Positions 1-13,262 of a stretch of 64,000 nucleotides of DNA are shown piece after piece. This DNA is from Lytechinus pictus. Its lineage: Eukaryota. Positions within the stretch are counted from its first letter, which is position 1. Every line of letters begins with the position of its first letter. The DNA lies in assembly GCF_037042905.1 (NCBI RefSeq), contig NC_087245.1:29638001-29702000 (forward strand), in the 5' to 3' direction. Position numbers and translations under genes: made by a program. Below the pieces are notes generated by a model. That model saw nothing but the letters and a program-made list of their open reading frames with translations, ran no database searches and was not told the origin of the DNA.

Positions 1-1477
1 TTATCATATTTTACACTTCACCTTGCCAAAACCATTTCATTTTATTTCCATAGCTACATGTACATTTCCTTTTTTTTAAGTTTGTACAATTGTATCATCT
101 GAACAATGTGTACACTGTGTACATGAACTTGTAGATTTATAGAAAATTTAGATTATAAAGTTAGATCCATGCCTATGAAAAATCACATATGTCTATAGAC
201 AGGGTTTAGAGCTGTTAAATCACATTTCCTGATTCATGATTTAGTGATGATTTTCCTAAAAAATAATAACAGCAAATGATCAATGATCAATAGGCATAGT
301 AGAATTTGTCCTTCTTTCTCATGTGTTTTGTATGATTTTAGGGCCTGTTTTCAAAACTTAAGGATAAACCACAAAATCTAGTCACTATCACAAATTGGCT
401 TTATGAAAATATAAACACCAGATGGGAAAAAAAGAAAAACAAATTATTTCCTATCAAGGTATTAATAAAGAAAATCTTGGACTAAATTTTGCTACCATGT
501 GTTGTGCATTTTTATGTGCTTTGAGAAGAATAAACAAAGACAAGATAAAGTTTTTGATACAGATTGCTGCATCTTTTTTATCTTTTATAAAATAGTACAA
601 ATTTACTTTAAAAAGTTGCATGCAATAATGACCAATATCTGGGAAGATAGTGCTGCCACAAAGTGAAAGTTTCCATGCTACAGAAATAAACAAAGACTGT
701 CGATAACAACTGTATCAATTAAAATGAGCTACATGTAACACTACAAAACCATAGTCTCTGGAATCCTGATTCATGTTTGTGAATGCCTAGGAGTTCTATA
801 GGTCTTTGAGTTCGAAAATCCGAAGCCTTAGTTCAACTTGGCTCTTGTGAAATACATGTAAGTTGTTGGCCTATCACTTGACACACCTCTGTATAACCTC
901 CCCTCGTCCTTTCTTCCCTATTCTTTTTTCTCCTTCTCCTCTTTATTTTCCAGATTTTCCAAACTGGATCATAAACATATGCAAAGAAAATAAAAGGCCA
1001 CAATGATCAAAGTTTTTGAAGAAAAAAAAATATGATAAAAAATAAGATTTAAATAATATTTCTAAAACAGGGGGGGAGCTCAGCACCACATGATGCTCGA
1101 GCCAAACCACTCACTGGGGTTAGAAAGTTCCAGTAATTTGCTTTTACACCGCCGACCATGGAAAAATCCCTGAAAACGTAACTTTGACAAGTGCATACAT
1201 GTAGAGCAGGTATTTCCTTTTAGAAATATGTTACAAAGTATTTTGCTTTCACATGGGTACAAATTGGTTGGAATTTTCTGATGGAGTACATGTAGATCAG
1301 GGTAGGTTTCCTGAGCAGAGAATACATGGACAACCTGGTAATCTCTAACTTTGGGTCAGTCTGAATAACACCAAGAGAAGTAAAAGGAGAAACAAAGAGA
1401 GAGGAAAGAGAGATAGGGAGAGTCACAGGTTTCTCTGGTTCACCATCACCATAAATCAAACCAACAAATAGACATAC

Positions 1478-1561
1478 CTGCAGGCACTCTGCTTTCTTGC
1501 CTTCCTAACCTCTGCCAACCGGTTGTGATTGATGAGCGCAGCTTGTTGAGTTTTACAGTCT
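1478..1561 (-). other. Candidate 84-nt internal exon of an unidentified neighbouring gene or lncRNA
   Basis: Strong acceptor cttttctttctcttcccag and donor CAG|gtatgt; two of three frames open; product not recognised. Confidence 0.5.
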
Positions 1562-2956
1562 CTGGGAAGAGAAAGAAAAGTGGGTAGGAGAAAAGAAGGA
1601 AAAAAAACATTAGATTTGTTAGTTTTATCTATTCACATCGAGTTCATTGAACCTGGAGTTTATATCTCCCATCCCTGGATGGATTTGTAGCTGTTTGACA
1701 TTTTCTTTCATCCTCTCATTTTTTTCTTCTTCTTTTGGATTATTGCTAGGACCCAGGCACTAGTACTACAAGGTACCTTGCAGTTTTAAGTTCATATTGC
1801 AAAAAGTAATGTACATGTACAGAATATTGTAAATAAAATATGTATTGATTTGAGTATTTCAACGACTGTTTTAATAGTTTGAACTCCTTTCTTTTATAAG
1901 TTTAAACATTTAACCTTTTTTTTTCTTTTTTGTAGTGTATCCTGTCAATATTAAAATGCAAACTTGCATAATTATTCATTCATTAATTCTCACATTTCAT
2001 GAAACCAAAATATACTTTGTTTATGTATCATAAACATACTTTTTAAAATTATGTATACGAGTAGGAAAATAAAATGTAAATCATGTTCTAATATAGAATA
2101 TTTAACACAAATATGATGTGATGTTTGAGTTGTACATGCAAGCACTGTATGTTTTTAATAGTAAACATGTCTCCCATTTCAACAAGAATATAAATCAGTC
2201 AAGTATCTCTGAATAATACATGTATGTACATGTATGACAAGAATGTTCATGACCTCAAAACAAGAATTTGACTCCTTATACGAAAGAAACAATTTCAGTC
2301 AACAATGAGCATCATTTCAGTTTTTGCATTTGTGATTTTCACTTAATTACAATTTAAAGACTATCATGTACATAATAAATCAGACAAAATAAAAAAATCA
2401 AGTGTTCTAATTAGCCCACATCGGATGTCAACAATGAATTCAAGATAAAAATTTGTTTTATTGTGCAACATACTTTTACATGCATGCCTACAGTATATGA
2501 AATTTGGTTCCGAATTGAAGTGGAAAAATGAAGAACTATCAAACATTGTGAATGTGATATATCCTAAAGTGTGTTTTGACGTGTCTAATGCTAAAATCAC
2601 CATATAAGTACATTCATGTCCTTCATTATTCCATGTTGCATGTACATGTACATCAATACTCTCAAGTCATGTTTTTGTCTATAATCTACATGTGCATGTA
2701 CCTGCACAATATATGTTCAGCTACATACGTCACAAGGGATGTATGGTCAAGAATCCTCAAAAATGGGCTCTTCTGGCTCAAGAGAGGGCAGTTTATTTAC
2801 TCAACAACCAATTGACCTTTTTTCCTACTTTGGAAGTGATTATTAAGACGTGTTCAAATGACTCTTCAGGAACTGCACAACCCACGCAGACTGTGTCTCA
2901 GTGGGCTGAACAACTACATACAATATATTTCTTATTCTGTATATTTGTTATCCAGT

Positions 2957-3185
2957 ATTCAATTCAATTCAATTATTTTATTTTTCACTTTCAATTTCAA
3001 TTTCATATTTATGATGATACAATTGACATAGTAACATATAATCACATTTGAAGTATATATACAAAAATTGATAACATTATAATATCACAATAGACAATTA
3101 TCAAATTGAAATATAAATAATTGAAAGGGAGGGAGGGCCGGCCAACTAAAAAGCAGAGCTTGTATAATGTAGGCCCCCCTGATAT
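2957..3185 (-). mobile_element. Probable 3' end of a CR1/L2-type LINE
   Basis: (TTGAA)n-type tail on the minus strand preceded by a GC-rich stem-like segment (aggggggcctac...ggccctccc). Confidence 0.35.
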
Positions 3186-4714
3186 TGTAATTACATGTTT
3201 ATAGCAACTGAATTGTTATTTTGTACAAAAAACAATATTTACACTACAGTTATGTAATATGTACATTATAATACAAATCATATGCGTCATATTAAAAAAA
3301 TAAATCATTCATAGTGTATACAGTACAGATATAGTACAGATATTGGTAACAAGTTGAATTTCTTACAGATTGGGAAAAACGCAGCCTGGATATAAGAATA
3401 TATATCAAATGTTCTTGTTGCAGTCTCATCATGGGATTTATTTTTCAATTTCTTTACTCTAGAAAACAGTTTATTCTAATAATTACAATAAGCATATATC
3501 ATATTTCCATATAAGCATATAGCATATTTCCATGCTTTATCTAAATGCATCAGGGTTTGTTCTTTACAACAAAACTCACATGTACAAAGGTATATGTTAG
3601 ATCCTGCCATTTTTGTTTAAATGTCTTCAGTATTTGTTTAATTCATTTAGTAAGCACTTGTTACAGAATTTCACTTCCATTTGGATCAAATCAATATTGT
3701 TGATTAAAAATATCAGAAGTTGCAAATAAACTTTGCATTAAACACTACTATACTTTGTTAAAATATTTCTTTTAGCCTATAGGCCAGTTTCCATATGGTG
3801 CTCCAAACAGGTATTCGAGATATCTTCCCGACAAAAAAATGGTTTCCGCTATCACCAAAATGCAACTTCCAGGAGTCTATAAAGGGTGTGTTTATGCTTC
3901 CCCATTGCGAAGACAGAATCAGTGTTTTAAACATAGTTTCAAAACATTGATCGCAAACATGGTTCTGGAAGTGCTGTTAATGCTTCATTTTTCAGAGGCG
4001 AAATCGCGATCTGCAGCTGGCTTCGCATTGTAATTTTCATTGAGCAGGAAAGCAAGGTCAAATTGGGCGCGCCCTTTCTCGGAAGTTTTTTTTTTTTTCG
4101 AGTGCTGTAATGGTCGACTATTATTTAAACTTCAAACAATATCCAATTTTTTTGTAATTTTAAGGAGCTACTTGACAGTCATAGGATTTCCACCATGGTG
4201 AGGATAATAGAAAGACAAACTAAAATATATTAAAGTATACATTAGAAGATGATAAGACATCTATTCAATTATGCTAATGGGGCTTCTGGCTCAGCAATGT
4301 CTCCTCATCATAACTCATGTTCCGCTGTTCTTTTTAAATCCCTCAACATTCAACGTGATGACAAATTAGAGGAGTAGTAATAGTGAAAGTACTAAAAGCC
4401 TCTGTTCCACTTTGCTGATTTCACTACGATTTGACATACTGTACCTTCAGATCAGGCAGGATCGGGGGAAAATGAACCATTTTACCGGGAGTCAGCAAAA
4501 ATTATTTACAGTGACGTCTTCCAAGGGAACGGAGGATTCATTACGTCCGCGTGCCACTGTTAGTACGACAGGAAAGACCTGATTACACTCATTCCGCGAT
4601 TGTGTGCCGTGTTGCTTAAATGCTTTCCCCGCTTCCCCATGATTCAAAATGTGCGTTTTCTGATCGGGAAGATCAGCATGAAATTTTGAACAGGTTACTT
4701 GACCAAAAAAGTGG

Positions 4715-5226
4715 TAGGTTTGTGCCACAGGCGAGACAAAATAACGGGGGCTTTGGAGCTGGCTTATTGTAAACAGGAGGGTCCTCGGAACGGGCTTCGG
4801 AACTACAAATGTTTGTGAAAATGGGGGGTCCTTGGAACGGGTCGCCTGCGTGTGAGTGCGCATGCACTCCTATGGAACGGGCATACGTGCATGCAGCTAA
4901 TCTGGCGGCAGCTAATCTGGCGGCACTGACGCCTGGCGCGATCACTCAGAGGCGATGGTCGGACAGCGCTCTGATGCTGCTTTTCATAAAAAATGCAGCT
5001 CATTGTAGCGGATCATTGAGGCCGGGAACAGCTTATCGAAAAATATGCGAAGCTTTGGAACTGATTTCTTTCTTCTTTTTTCTCAATAAAAGAAAATGCT
5101 TTGATACTGCTTTATTTGTTATTTTTCTCAATAAGATAAAAATGCTATGCCTTGGAACAGAAATTTGAGTGTAAAAATGGGGGTCCTCTCCACGGCACAT
5201 ACCCACCACGAGTGCCCCCTCCCCCC
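4715..5226. mobile_element. Truncated relative of the CCCGGG-ended non-autonomous DNA element
   Basis: Ends ggcacatacccaccacgagtgccccctcccccc like the right end of 53693-54813; shares repeated ggggtc..ggaac motifs. Confidence 0.5.
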
Positions 5227-5526
5227 AGACTCCAAACCAATGGTCGATCAATTTGCTTGGAAGTCACTAAAATCCAGAGACATCTCCTCAATTGCAGTTT
5301 CTCAACAATTTTTTTTAAAGAAACATGTACAGGTAAATGTGGAAAAGCTCTGGCAACCTCACCCACCTATAACACAATTCAACAGGGTTATTTTTGTGAC
5401 ATTGGAATGGCAAACATTTTCTCTTTTCCATTTCCTCTTTTTCTCATGTAGTGACAGTGATTTTCTGTTTATCGGTAAATCATCCGTTTGGTTCTTTACT
5501 TTCATGTGAAATTCATGTAATAACAC

Positions 5527-5765
5527 CAGGCATGGTGGCTCAGTGGTAGAGCGTCCACCTCATGAACAGAAGTTCATGGGTTCGATCCTCGGCTGAGTCA
5601 TACCAAACGCTTATATAAATGGGACCTTCTGCCTTCTTGCTCGGTGCTCAGCATTTAGAGTGGAGAAGGGTAGAAAATAACATATTATTACGTTATGCAG
5701 GGCCCGATGGTTGAGCAGTTTCCTAACTGATGTGGCTAGCCTGAGTAAATAAAACATTATTATTA
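5527..5765 (+). mobile_element. tRNA-derived SINE (family A)
   Basis: Pol III A box TGGCTCAGTGG (5536) and B box GGTTCGATCC (5579), then a non-tRNA body gagtcataccaaa...tgctcagca and an (ATT)n tail. Confidence 0.8.
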
Positions 5766-6852
5766 ATTTACCTTTGCCAAAAAGAAACCTTGCTTTGCTT
5801 TAAATTGAATTTTCATTTTTTGATCAAGTTATAAACGGAAAATGATTTTCAGAAACAGAGACCATTTTTTTAAACAGAAAGCCACTGCCCCTTACTCTTA
5901 CTGTTCTTGGGATCTTTTGGTACCATTTTTCATCTTCCCTGTTATGTTAACGTGGCCCACAGACGAACGTGATTGGATGGTTTGTTCGCATCTTCAATCT
6001 GCATTAGAAACATGACGACGAACGATCAAACTTCGAAGAAAGAAACCGACCATGAGTGTTTGTCATAAAAAATCAGTATTTTCTAGCATATATTTCGGAA
6101 AGGTGGTATGTTGCTTAAATGCATTATTATTTTGTTTACTTTCTTTTACCCTTTTTCGCCCATCAAAAGGGGGATTAAGCAGTAATCGAGGATGCTGAAG
6201 TTAAGCGTCGGTCAAACCTCCACCATTACAAGACCTACATGTATGGCCGTCTTTGGTCTACTGACGGAGGGGATACCGCGGAACCCGGACAAGGTCTCAG
6301 TGGAGCATATCCATGTCAGAAACAGACTTGTTTATCGGTCTAGCCACTAGGAAACTCTAAACATGGATTTCATGCAGATGTCTCAGATTTGCACAATCAA
6401 AACAGGGATTCCATTCAATTACTTTTTCATTTTTGACACTCTATAAATTCGTGTTCCACGCCTAGCGCAAAGAAAACACAGTCTATTCAGGAATCGAGTC
6501 AACATTTTCAATAGATAATAAGTTTTTCTGTGGGCCCAGGGGTCTCAATCTCATGCAAGGACTGGACTTGGGAGCGACAACTGGGGTAACTGCTGCAAGC
6601 ACTAAACATATGCTGTGTCCTGATATCTTCCTGTGTTAGGTAAAGTTGATAAACCTAGGGGGAAGCCTGGATGGGCTTACTGTCGAAGTCGGTGCAAATT
6701 TCATACTCTATTTGCACTTTAGTTTTAGTGAAATCAAAATCGGACAAAAATTGCAGTAAAATCTCATCCAATGTAGATTTTACTGCAAAAGAGATTTATT
6801 CCCAGTTTCACCTTCGGCTTCGGTCAAGATTGCGTAACACATAACATCAACA

Positions 6853-9758
6853 CAAGGCTCAACATTAGCGGTGGCCCAGGGCCACCAGAAATTCACCCTG
6901 GGCAACCCTTATTGAAAAAATGCTAAGTTTTGTGGCCCGAATCAGGCAACCAATAATTTTCAAAGTAGCGCAATTTTTCTCCCGATTTTGCACGCATTTA
7001 TCAAATTTCTACAGTTCAAAATGCAAGCCAGTTCGTCATGCGCCCTTTACCTTGATCTACAAAGTTTGCATAGTCATGACAGTACGTATATGTAGGCCGA
7101 CCGCTATAGCATACAGTAGCTATTATCCGGCCGGCTGGCGTGAGCTTTATTCATGAAGCCATTGCAGCTGTGCGCTAGCAGCCTATTCAGACTCTGGGAG
7201 CTGCGATACGAAGTGTTGCTGCTAAGAAATCTTCCACAGAACTTTGAAAATTTAAGTCAAAGTCACATTTTACACCAATGAAATGCCCTTCTACAGTAGG
7301 CCTACATATTGCTAAAATCTGATATACCCTGATTATTTGCAAGCATTAAAAAGAGGAATTATGACCTCTCTTTTGACTCAAAAAGACAGATTTCCAAATG
7401 AATACACATAAAATCACATAGGTGAGTACATCACAGTCCCATGTGTGCATTTGTATGTGTGTTGATACTTGGTTTACTTCGAAGCTGTGTCTTTTCTAGC
7501 CAATAATAAAAAGACAGTTTCTTTCTTTCTTGTTCATGAATGACTTCTTAAACCACTCTTGAGAAACTAAATAATTTGGGAAGGCGCTTCATTTTGGCAA
7601 ATATAGAGGACTTTTCTCACAATTTTTTTTTCCAGATATAACTTTTGCCATTTTTTTATTATTTTTTTTCTCTCATATTTTTTTTACAGTGGTTAAACTA
7701 TTTATACCCCTTCCCATTGATGCCTGATTAGCATGGGCGGAAATCCCAGGGGGGACAGGGGGGACGTGTCCCCCCTACTCAAAATAGTAGGGGGGACACA
7801 ATATCAAATGTCCCCCCTACTATTTTTGGTCTTTTATGATTGTGACGAGTTGGGACAAGATGACCTTACTTTTGGGATAACCTTTTTCTTTTGCTTATCA
7901 AATTTTCCCGCCCCTTGTCCCCGTAGGCGGACCAGGGGGCCGAGGGCCCCCCTCTTGGCGGAGCAAAAAAAGAAAAAAAAAACATGAACAGAGTGGCCCA
8001 TTTTTAGGTCTAAATCTCGAATTTTTGTTCTGCTCGCATCAATTATTAAATTATATAGCTATCCTGTTCACGATTACAAAAACTGATTAAAATTTTGCAT
8101 TCTTTCTTTAGAAAGTTCAAAAATTTTCAGCTCGCGCTTCGCGCTCGCATTTTTTGATTGTTGAAATATATAACGCCTTCATGGCTAAGTGCAAGTAGTC
8201 CTTAACAGTTACCTTTTCAACCTGTACCAGTTCAAAACGTATATAAAAATTTTCTGCTCGCGCTTTGCGCTCGCATTATTAATACTTTTCATGATTTACA
8301 AAACATGAAAAAAGTGTCTCGTTCAGTAAATATTATAGGACTAAATCTCAAAATTTTCTGCTCGCGCTTCGCGCTCGCATCAATTGTTTACTTATATACC
8401 TATTCTGCTTGAGTTACACTTCTTCAGGTGAAATGTCAAAAAAAAATTTAGCTCGCGCTTCGCTCGCATTATTTGATTGTATGCTACTTTATAACAGGTA
8501 TCTTTTTCATCAGTTCATTTCTGCTCGCGCTTTGCGTTCTTTTTCAGGATAACAAATATTGCCCAGAATGTTCAAATTTTAGGAAAAAATACATAAAATT
8601 TCCAAAAAATTAGCTCGCGCTTCGCGCTCGCATCATATAAATAAGGATTATGATATTATATATTAATTTATAAGAATAAAGCTAATAAGTGACTAATGAG
8701 GACTACCCCTTCAAAGAAACAAACAAAAATCATCTTCGAGCTGCCGATCGGGGAAAATATGGCTGAAACAAATTTCCGCCCCTGTGTCCCCCCTACATTT
8801 TGGGAGAGATTTCCGCCCCTGCTGATTAGAGAATATGTTTCTACTGAAAAAAAATAATACAAACTAAAAGATATAAAAGTAGAAATGCGCCATTCCCAAA
8901 AGGTAAGTGAAAATTATTTGGCTGGCCTTGGAATTATAATTTATATTCCAGTCAGAATAGACTGTTGCCACAGCTGTTAAAAAATATTTGTAATGGCTTC
9001 TTAATTTTTTCCCCCTTTCCCCATATTAATATTAATTTTGTATTATTCATTTTTCTTTCATGTACTTTTGTTTCTTCTTTTTTCTCTAAATCTTTTTTTT
9101 CTTTTCTTTCCTGTTCTTTATTTTTTTCTTTCATTTTTTCTCTTTTGTTTTATTTCACTTCTTTATTTTATTATTTCTGTTTTCTTATTGTAATATACTT
9201 TTTGAAAATTATTTTCGTTTGCTTCCCCTTTTATGCATTGTTCTAATTTTGCAGCATATTTTTCTGTGATTTTCTCCTGCTATATGCTGCAAAAGAGAAA
9301 ACAAAAATAAACTAGGGCCTGCATAATCTACATGTAGGTTTTAGGATTCAAAGAGGAAGAAAGTAAAAATCATTGTTCTGCACATCTATCTGAGTTTGTT
9401 ATGCACTATTTATTTACTTTACCATTATGAGTGTGTGTCTATATGGAGATTTTTTAAAAGTCAACAAAACATGGGAACAATACAGTTCATTTATTCTCTT
9501 TCAATTATTTCATATTTACAATGATAGAACAACTTATATTTTACCACAAATCAATATGCAAAGTAAAATAACAGCAAACAAGGTTTACATTCAAGATGTA
9601 CAAAGTGAAAGTAACTTAGTGGTAGTGGCTGCATCATTGATATTTCAGAAGTTTGTTTTATTCATTTTTAATGTTTTTCTTTATATTTATCGGGCCACAA
9701 AAAAAAATTATATCAAGGTTTTGGTCAAGTTAAAAAAAAAAGTTAATGTGGAGCCTTG
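6853..9758 (+). mobile_element. Non-autonomous P-like DNA transposon, copy 1 (contains a nested hAT-like insert)
   Basis: TIRs caaggctcaacattagc / gttaatgtggagccttg; 7-bp flanks atcaaca/attaaca; colinear with 49291-51167. Confidence 0.85.
7732..8821. mobile_element. hAT-like non-autonomous element nested in the P-like element
   Basis: TIRs catgggcggaaatc / gatttccgcccctg; perfect 8-bp TSD ctgattag; absent from the second host copy (empty site ctgattaa near 50219). Confidence 0.9.
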
Positions 9759-11430
9759 ATTAACATGATTAACAAGTGACGTTAGAACGCTAAGTTAATA
9801 ATGGATAATTATGATCTGAACACCGTCACCAACATTGTTTCACACCAACACACCAGTCAAGATTTAAAAAGTTGAGGTTGAAATCGCCCACTGCAAGCAC
9901 TGACACTGACACTCCTAGTGCACAATGCTACGTTATACTTTCTGGTGTGACCTTAATTCGCGCATTACCTAATTTTGCGCAGACGATTATCTCAATATCT
10001 AGGCTACCCGCAAAAAAATACTACGTGAAAAACCAATAATCACCAACGCGGCCCAAAATTAGGCAGTTTGGTAATTTTTTTAAGGTAGGGTCTCAAATTT
10101 GTGAATATATTGGCAAAGCATCGGCAAATTCTGTTACATTTTGCGTCACACCATCAGCTCCGAGGAAATCTGAACTCATCGACAAGCTTCAAGAAATTGT
10201 CAGTTTGCAAGCAGAGCCAGAGGTCTCCAAAAAGTAAGTAAAATGTGATAGTGATAGTGATACCATCCAAACAATATGGCATTTTAACTTCCATCTGAAA
10301 CAATTATCTTACCTTTGACTTTGTCTGCTTGATTTCTTTTCTAAATCTTTGCAAAACGATCATGCGCAAACTAAGGTCACACTATTTTATGGCACTTTTA
10401 TTCACCCGTGCGCGCACTCGTCGATTGTCCTGGAATTTTGAGATCGCGATAGCAATGAAACCCGTGACCTACTTTACCATGTTTACAATTAGGCCTACAT
10501 ACAATTCCGTCAAGCGAATTTGACTTTGGAGTTTGGCTTTGGGATCTTGCCTTCCGTTTGGTATTTATGATTTAGATTAATTTCGTGTGAACTGTGAGAA
10601 ATGTTTGATTGAAAATCAACTTCATGATAATTTTTTTAAATGAGCGCAAATTATGGTCACCCCATCATACACAGGTCACAGTCTCACAACTTTTGTTTCA
10701 AATTCACAGACAATACACGATCACGAACAGTGAACAGCAAGCTTGCGCATTGCAACGCACGTCAAGTCAACATGGTCAAGATACGGACTTTTAAAATCCT
10801 TTTTTCATTACCAAGTATTGATCTTAGAGACTAAAAGTTACGGAAACTTGTGATTAACATCGATCAGAAGTAACTAATACATACCCTGGGTGAAAAAATT
10901 TGATCTTATAGAGGATTTTAAAGCGTTTTGGTCTTCCTATGCTTCGACTGAATTGGGTTCGACAGTAGACGACCAATTCCCGATGGCAAATTTTAGCCTG
11001 GTTCAAAGAAAAATAGATTATTTTATATTACTGTTCTGGGAGAATGGCAGTTAAGAAACTTAGAACAAAATAAAACATTCTCATAAACTAATTTGATTAC
11101 TTTCTATCTAATTCATTTTATTGTATTCTACCTGGGTATGTTTTCAATAACTTTAGAAATAATGGTCAAGGAGCTTATTATAAGACTAACACATTTGCTG
11201 AATTTGTTTAGAACTTAACTCGATGATCGACTGTACGGTACGTAATTTTTATGCAAATTTATGTCCAGGGTCGGTCGGGAGCCAGGACCTGGGGCCCGTT
11301 TCATAAAGAGTTACAACTTTTGTAACTTTGGCATAAGTTATAGCAACTACCACGGCAACAGGGCTCAGCTCAGCAGCTGATCAAAATCAAGGTTACCCGG
11401 AGGTTACCATGGTAGTTAACATAAAGTTTC

Positions 11431-12750
11431 CAGTGGCGTAACAGGCGGGGGGCATGCAGGCCTGGGGCAGGCTGCCCCAGATTGAGGCTGCATGCCCCCC
11501 CCCCCCGGCCCCCGGCGGATTTCACCGGGAATTTTTTTTTTAACGGAAAAAGAAAAAAGGATGGGAGAAAGAATTAAAAGGAAAAGGGAAAGGAAAGGAG
11601 GAAAAAGAAAAGGGAAAGGAAAAATATCAAGTGAGAAAAAAAATAATAGAATTAAAACAAAACAACAACAAAAAGAAAAAGAAAACGGCGGAAGGATCAA
11701 AGCGGGGAAAACCGGAAAAGGAACGAAAAGAACGAAAGAACAACATGTGAGAAAGAACAAATCATTCCGAAATAGGCCTACTACTACATTAGCAAGATTA
11801 GTAAGAAAGGAAAATTAATAAAAAGACAAAATGGCAAACAAAAGCGGGAAATGAAAGTAGAATGAAATGAGCCAAAAGCTAAATTTGAAAACGAAGAAAA
11901 GGGACAAGAAAAAAAAAGAACTTAATAATACAACCGGGCTGCCGAGGATTGAAAATAAAGAACGGGAGGAATTGGACTGCATATAACATTGTGTTATAGG
12001 CTTACTACATTCTTTGCAATAACGGTCCCAATCAGGCTTGAAATATCATCCTGCATTAGTTATATGTCCCTACCTATAGATAAATCTTTAGTTACCGTTA
12101 AAAAGTTTCTTAATGTTTACCTTGTCTAAATCTCCAAAGCTACCAGGGCACTGCTCCAATCTGTAACCTTCAAAGAGCTCTATAACGCCCCCCCCCCCCT
12201 ATATTTTTTTTTATTTATCCACATTGTGCTGCGCTCAACCCAGGTGAGGTGAATGGGTACCTGGCAGGAATTTATTCCTTGAAACGTCCCAGCGCTGTAA
12301 AAGCCAGGGTAATAATATCCAAGTCCTTTGGAAGCGCATAGATACGTTATTTATAATGTGGTATGCGCTATACAAGAACTGTCTATTATTATTATTATTA
12401 TATAGGATGCAACGTAATGAAATGAATGGAAAACAAAAACAATGAAACATAGCACTGGCGTATACAGATGGAAGGGTTGGGCAATGAAAGAAAAGGAGGA
12501 AGAAAAGCAAAGGAAAAGTGTAAGATATGATGTTATTTACTGAATATAGTGTTAGATTCTCATAAAAAGGTTTCTTTTTTGCTCGCTCGCTTCGTTCACA
12601 ACTTTTTTAAAAGATAAACTCTGCCTGATACGCCATATCTGCCCCCTCAACAATTTTGCCTCACTACGCCACTGCCTGTTCATACCATGATATGACAGGG
12701 AAAATTTCGACTCTTTTCCCCTCTGGCCACCGATCCCTGTTACGCCCCTG
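11431..12750. mobile_element. hAT-like non-autonomous element nested in the Harbinger-like MITE
   Basis: TIRs cagtggcgtaacagg / cctgttacgcccctg; 8-bp TSD aaagtttc/aaagttcc. Confidence 0.8.
12215..12400 (+). mobile_element. 5'-truncated SINE (family B)
   Basis: ccacattgtgctgcgctcaacccaggtgaggtgaatgggtacc body and gcgctata...(ATT)n tail, as in 52358-52644. Confidence 0.75.
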
Positions 12751-13262
12751 AAAGTTCCAACAGTTGCAAGTCTTTATGAAGCGGGCCCCTGGTGGAATAG
12801 GACGAGGATCATCATGGAAGATGAGAGGGGCATGGAAAACTATTCATATCACATTCGTAATTATTTTTATGATATTATCAGTACCATCAAGTTCCGAGAT
12901 GAGGGGGGAAGTCCGCCCTAACAAAATTATAGGCCTATACCTATATTGTTAAAAAAAGGAAAAAAATGAAAATGAAAGCTTTTAGTAAATGTTTGAGGAC
13001 AATCCTTTAAAGATTAAATAAAAAGATACAAGAATTTCATTTTTCATATAATTGTTAAGTCATATGCGAGCAGCTTTCCCATATATGGTGTAGTATAAGA
13101 ATATTCAATGAAATATAATTATCTCAAAATCAAAATACTTTTGCTTTGGATATTGTACCTTCAGGAGATCCTCAAATAAAAATTTACGCATTTTATTACA
13201 CAACATAATTATGGAGCAGCTGCTTGTACATATGACGTCACAAATAATAAAAAATAATAATT

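Larger units (their letters stand above)
11292..12788. mobile_element. PIF/Harbinger-like MITE split by a nested insertion
   Basis: TIRs gggcccgtttcataaaga / tctttatgaagcgggccc with 3-bp CTG flanks. Confidence 0.8.

Noticed and set aside
4492..5509. Cluster of overlapping ORFs
   Set aside because: They lie largely in a GC-richer non-autonomous repeat; no transposase or other motifs.
5527..5600. tRNA gene
   Set aside because: A and B boxes are present, but I see no convincing acceptor stem, and it continues into a SINE body and (ATT)n tail. The same applies to tRNA-like heads near 29140 and 62280.
6853..9758. Transposase remnant inside the P-like element
   Set aside because: Donor-like sites exist (e.g. 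aag|gtaagt at ~8903), but I saw no ORF with THAP or DDE motifs in either copy.
11416..11818. Lys/Arg-rich and Phe-rich ORFs
   Set aside because: Low-complexity A/G-rich interior of a hAT-like element.
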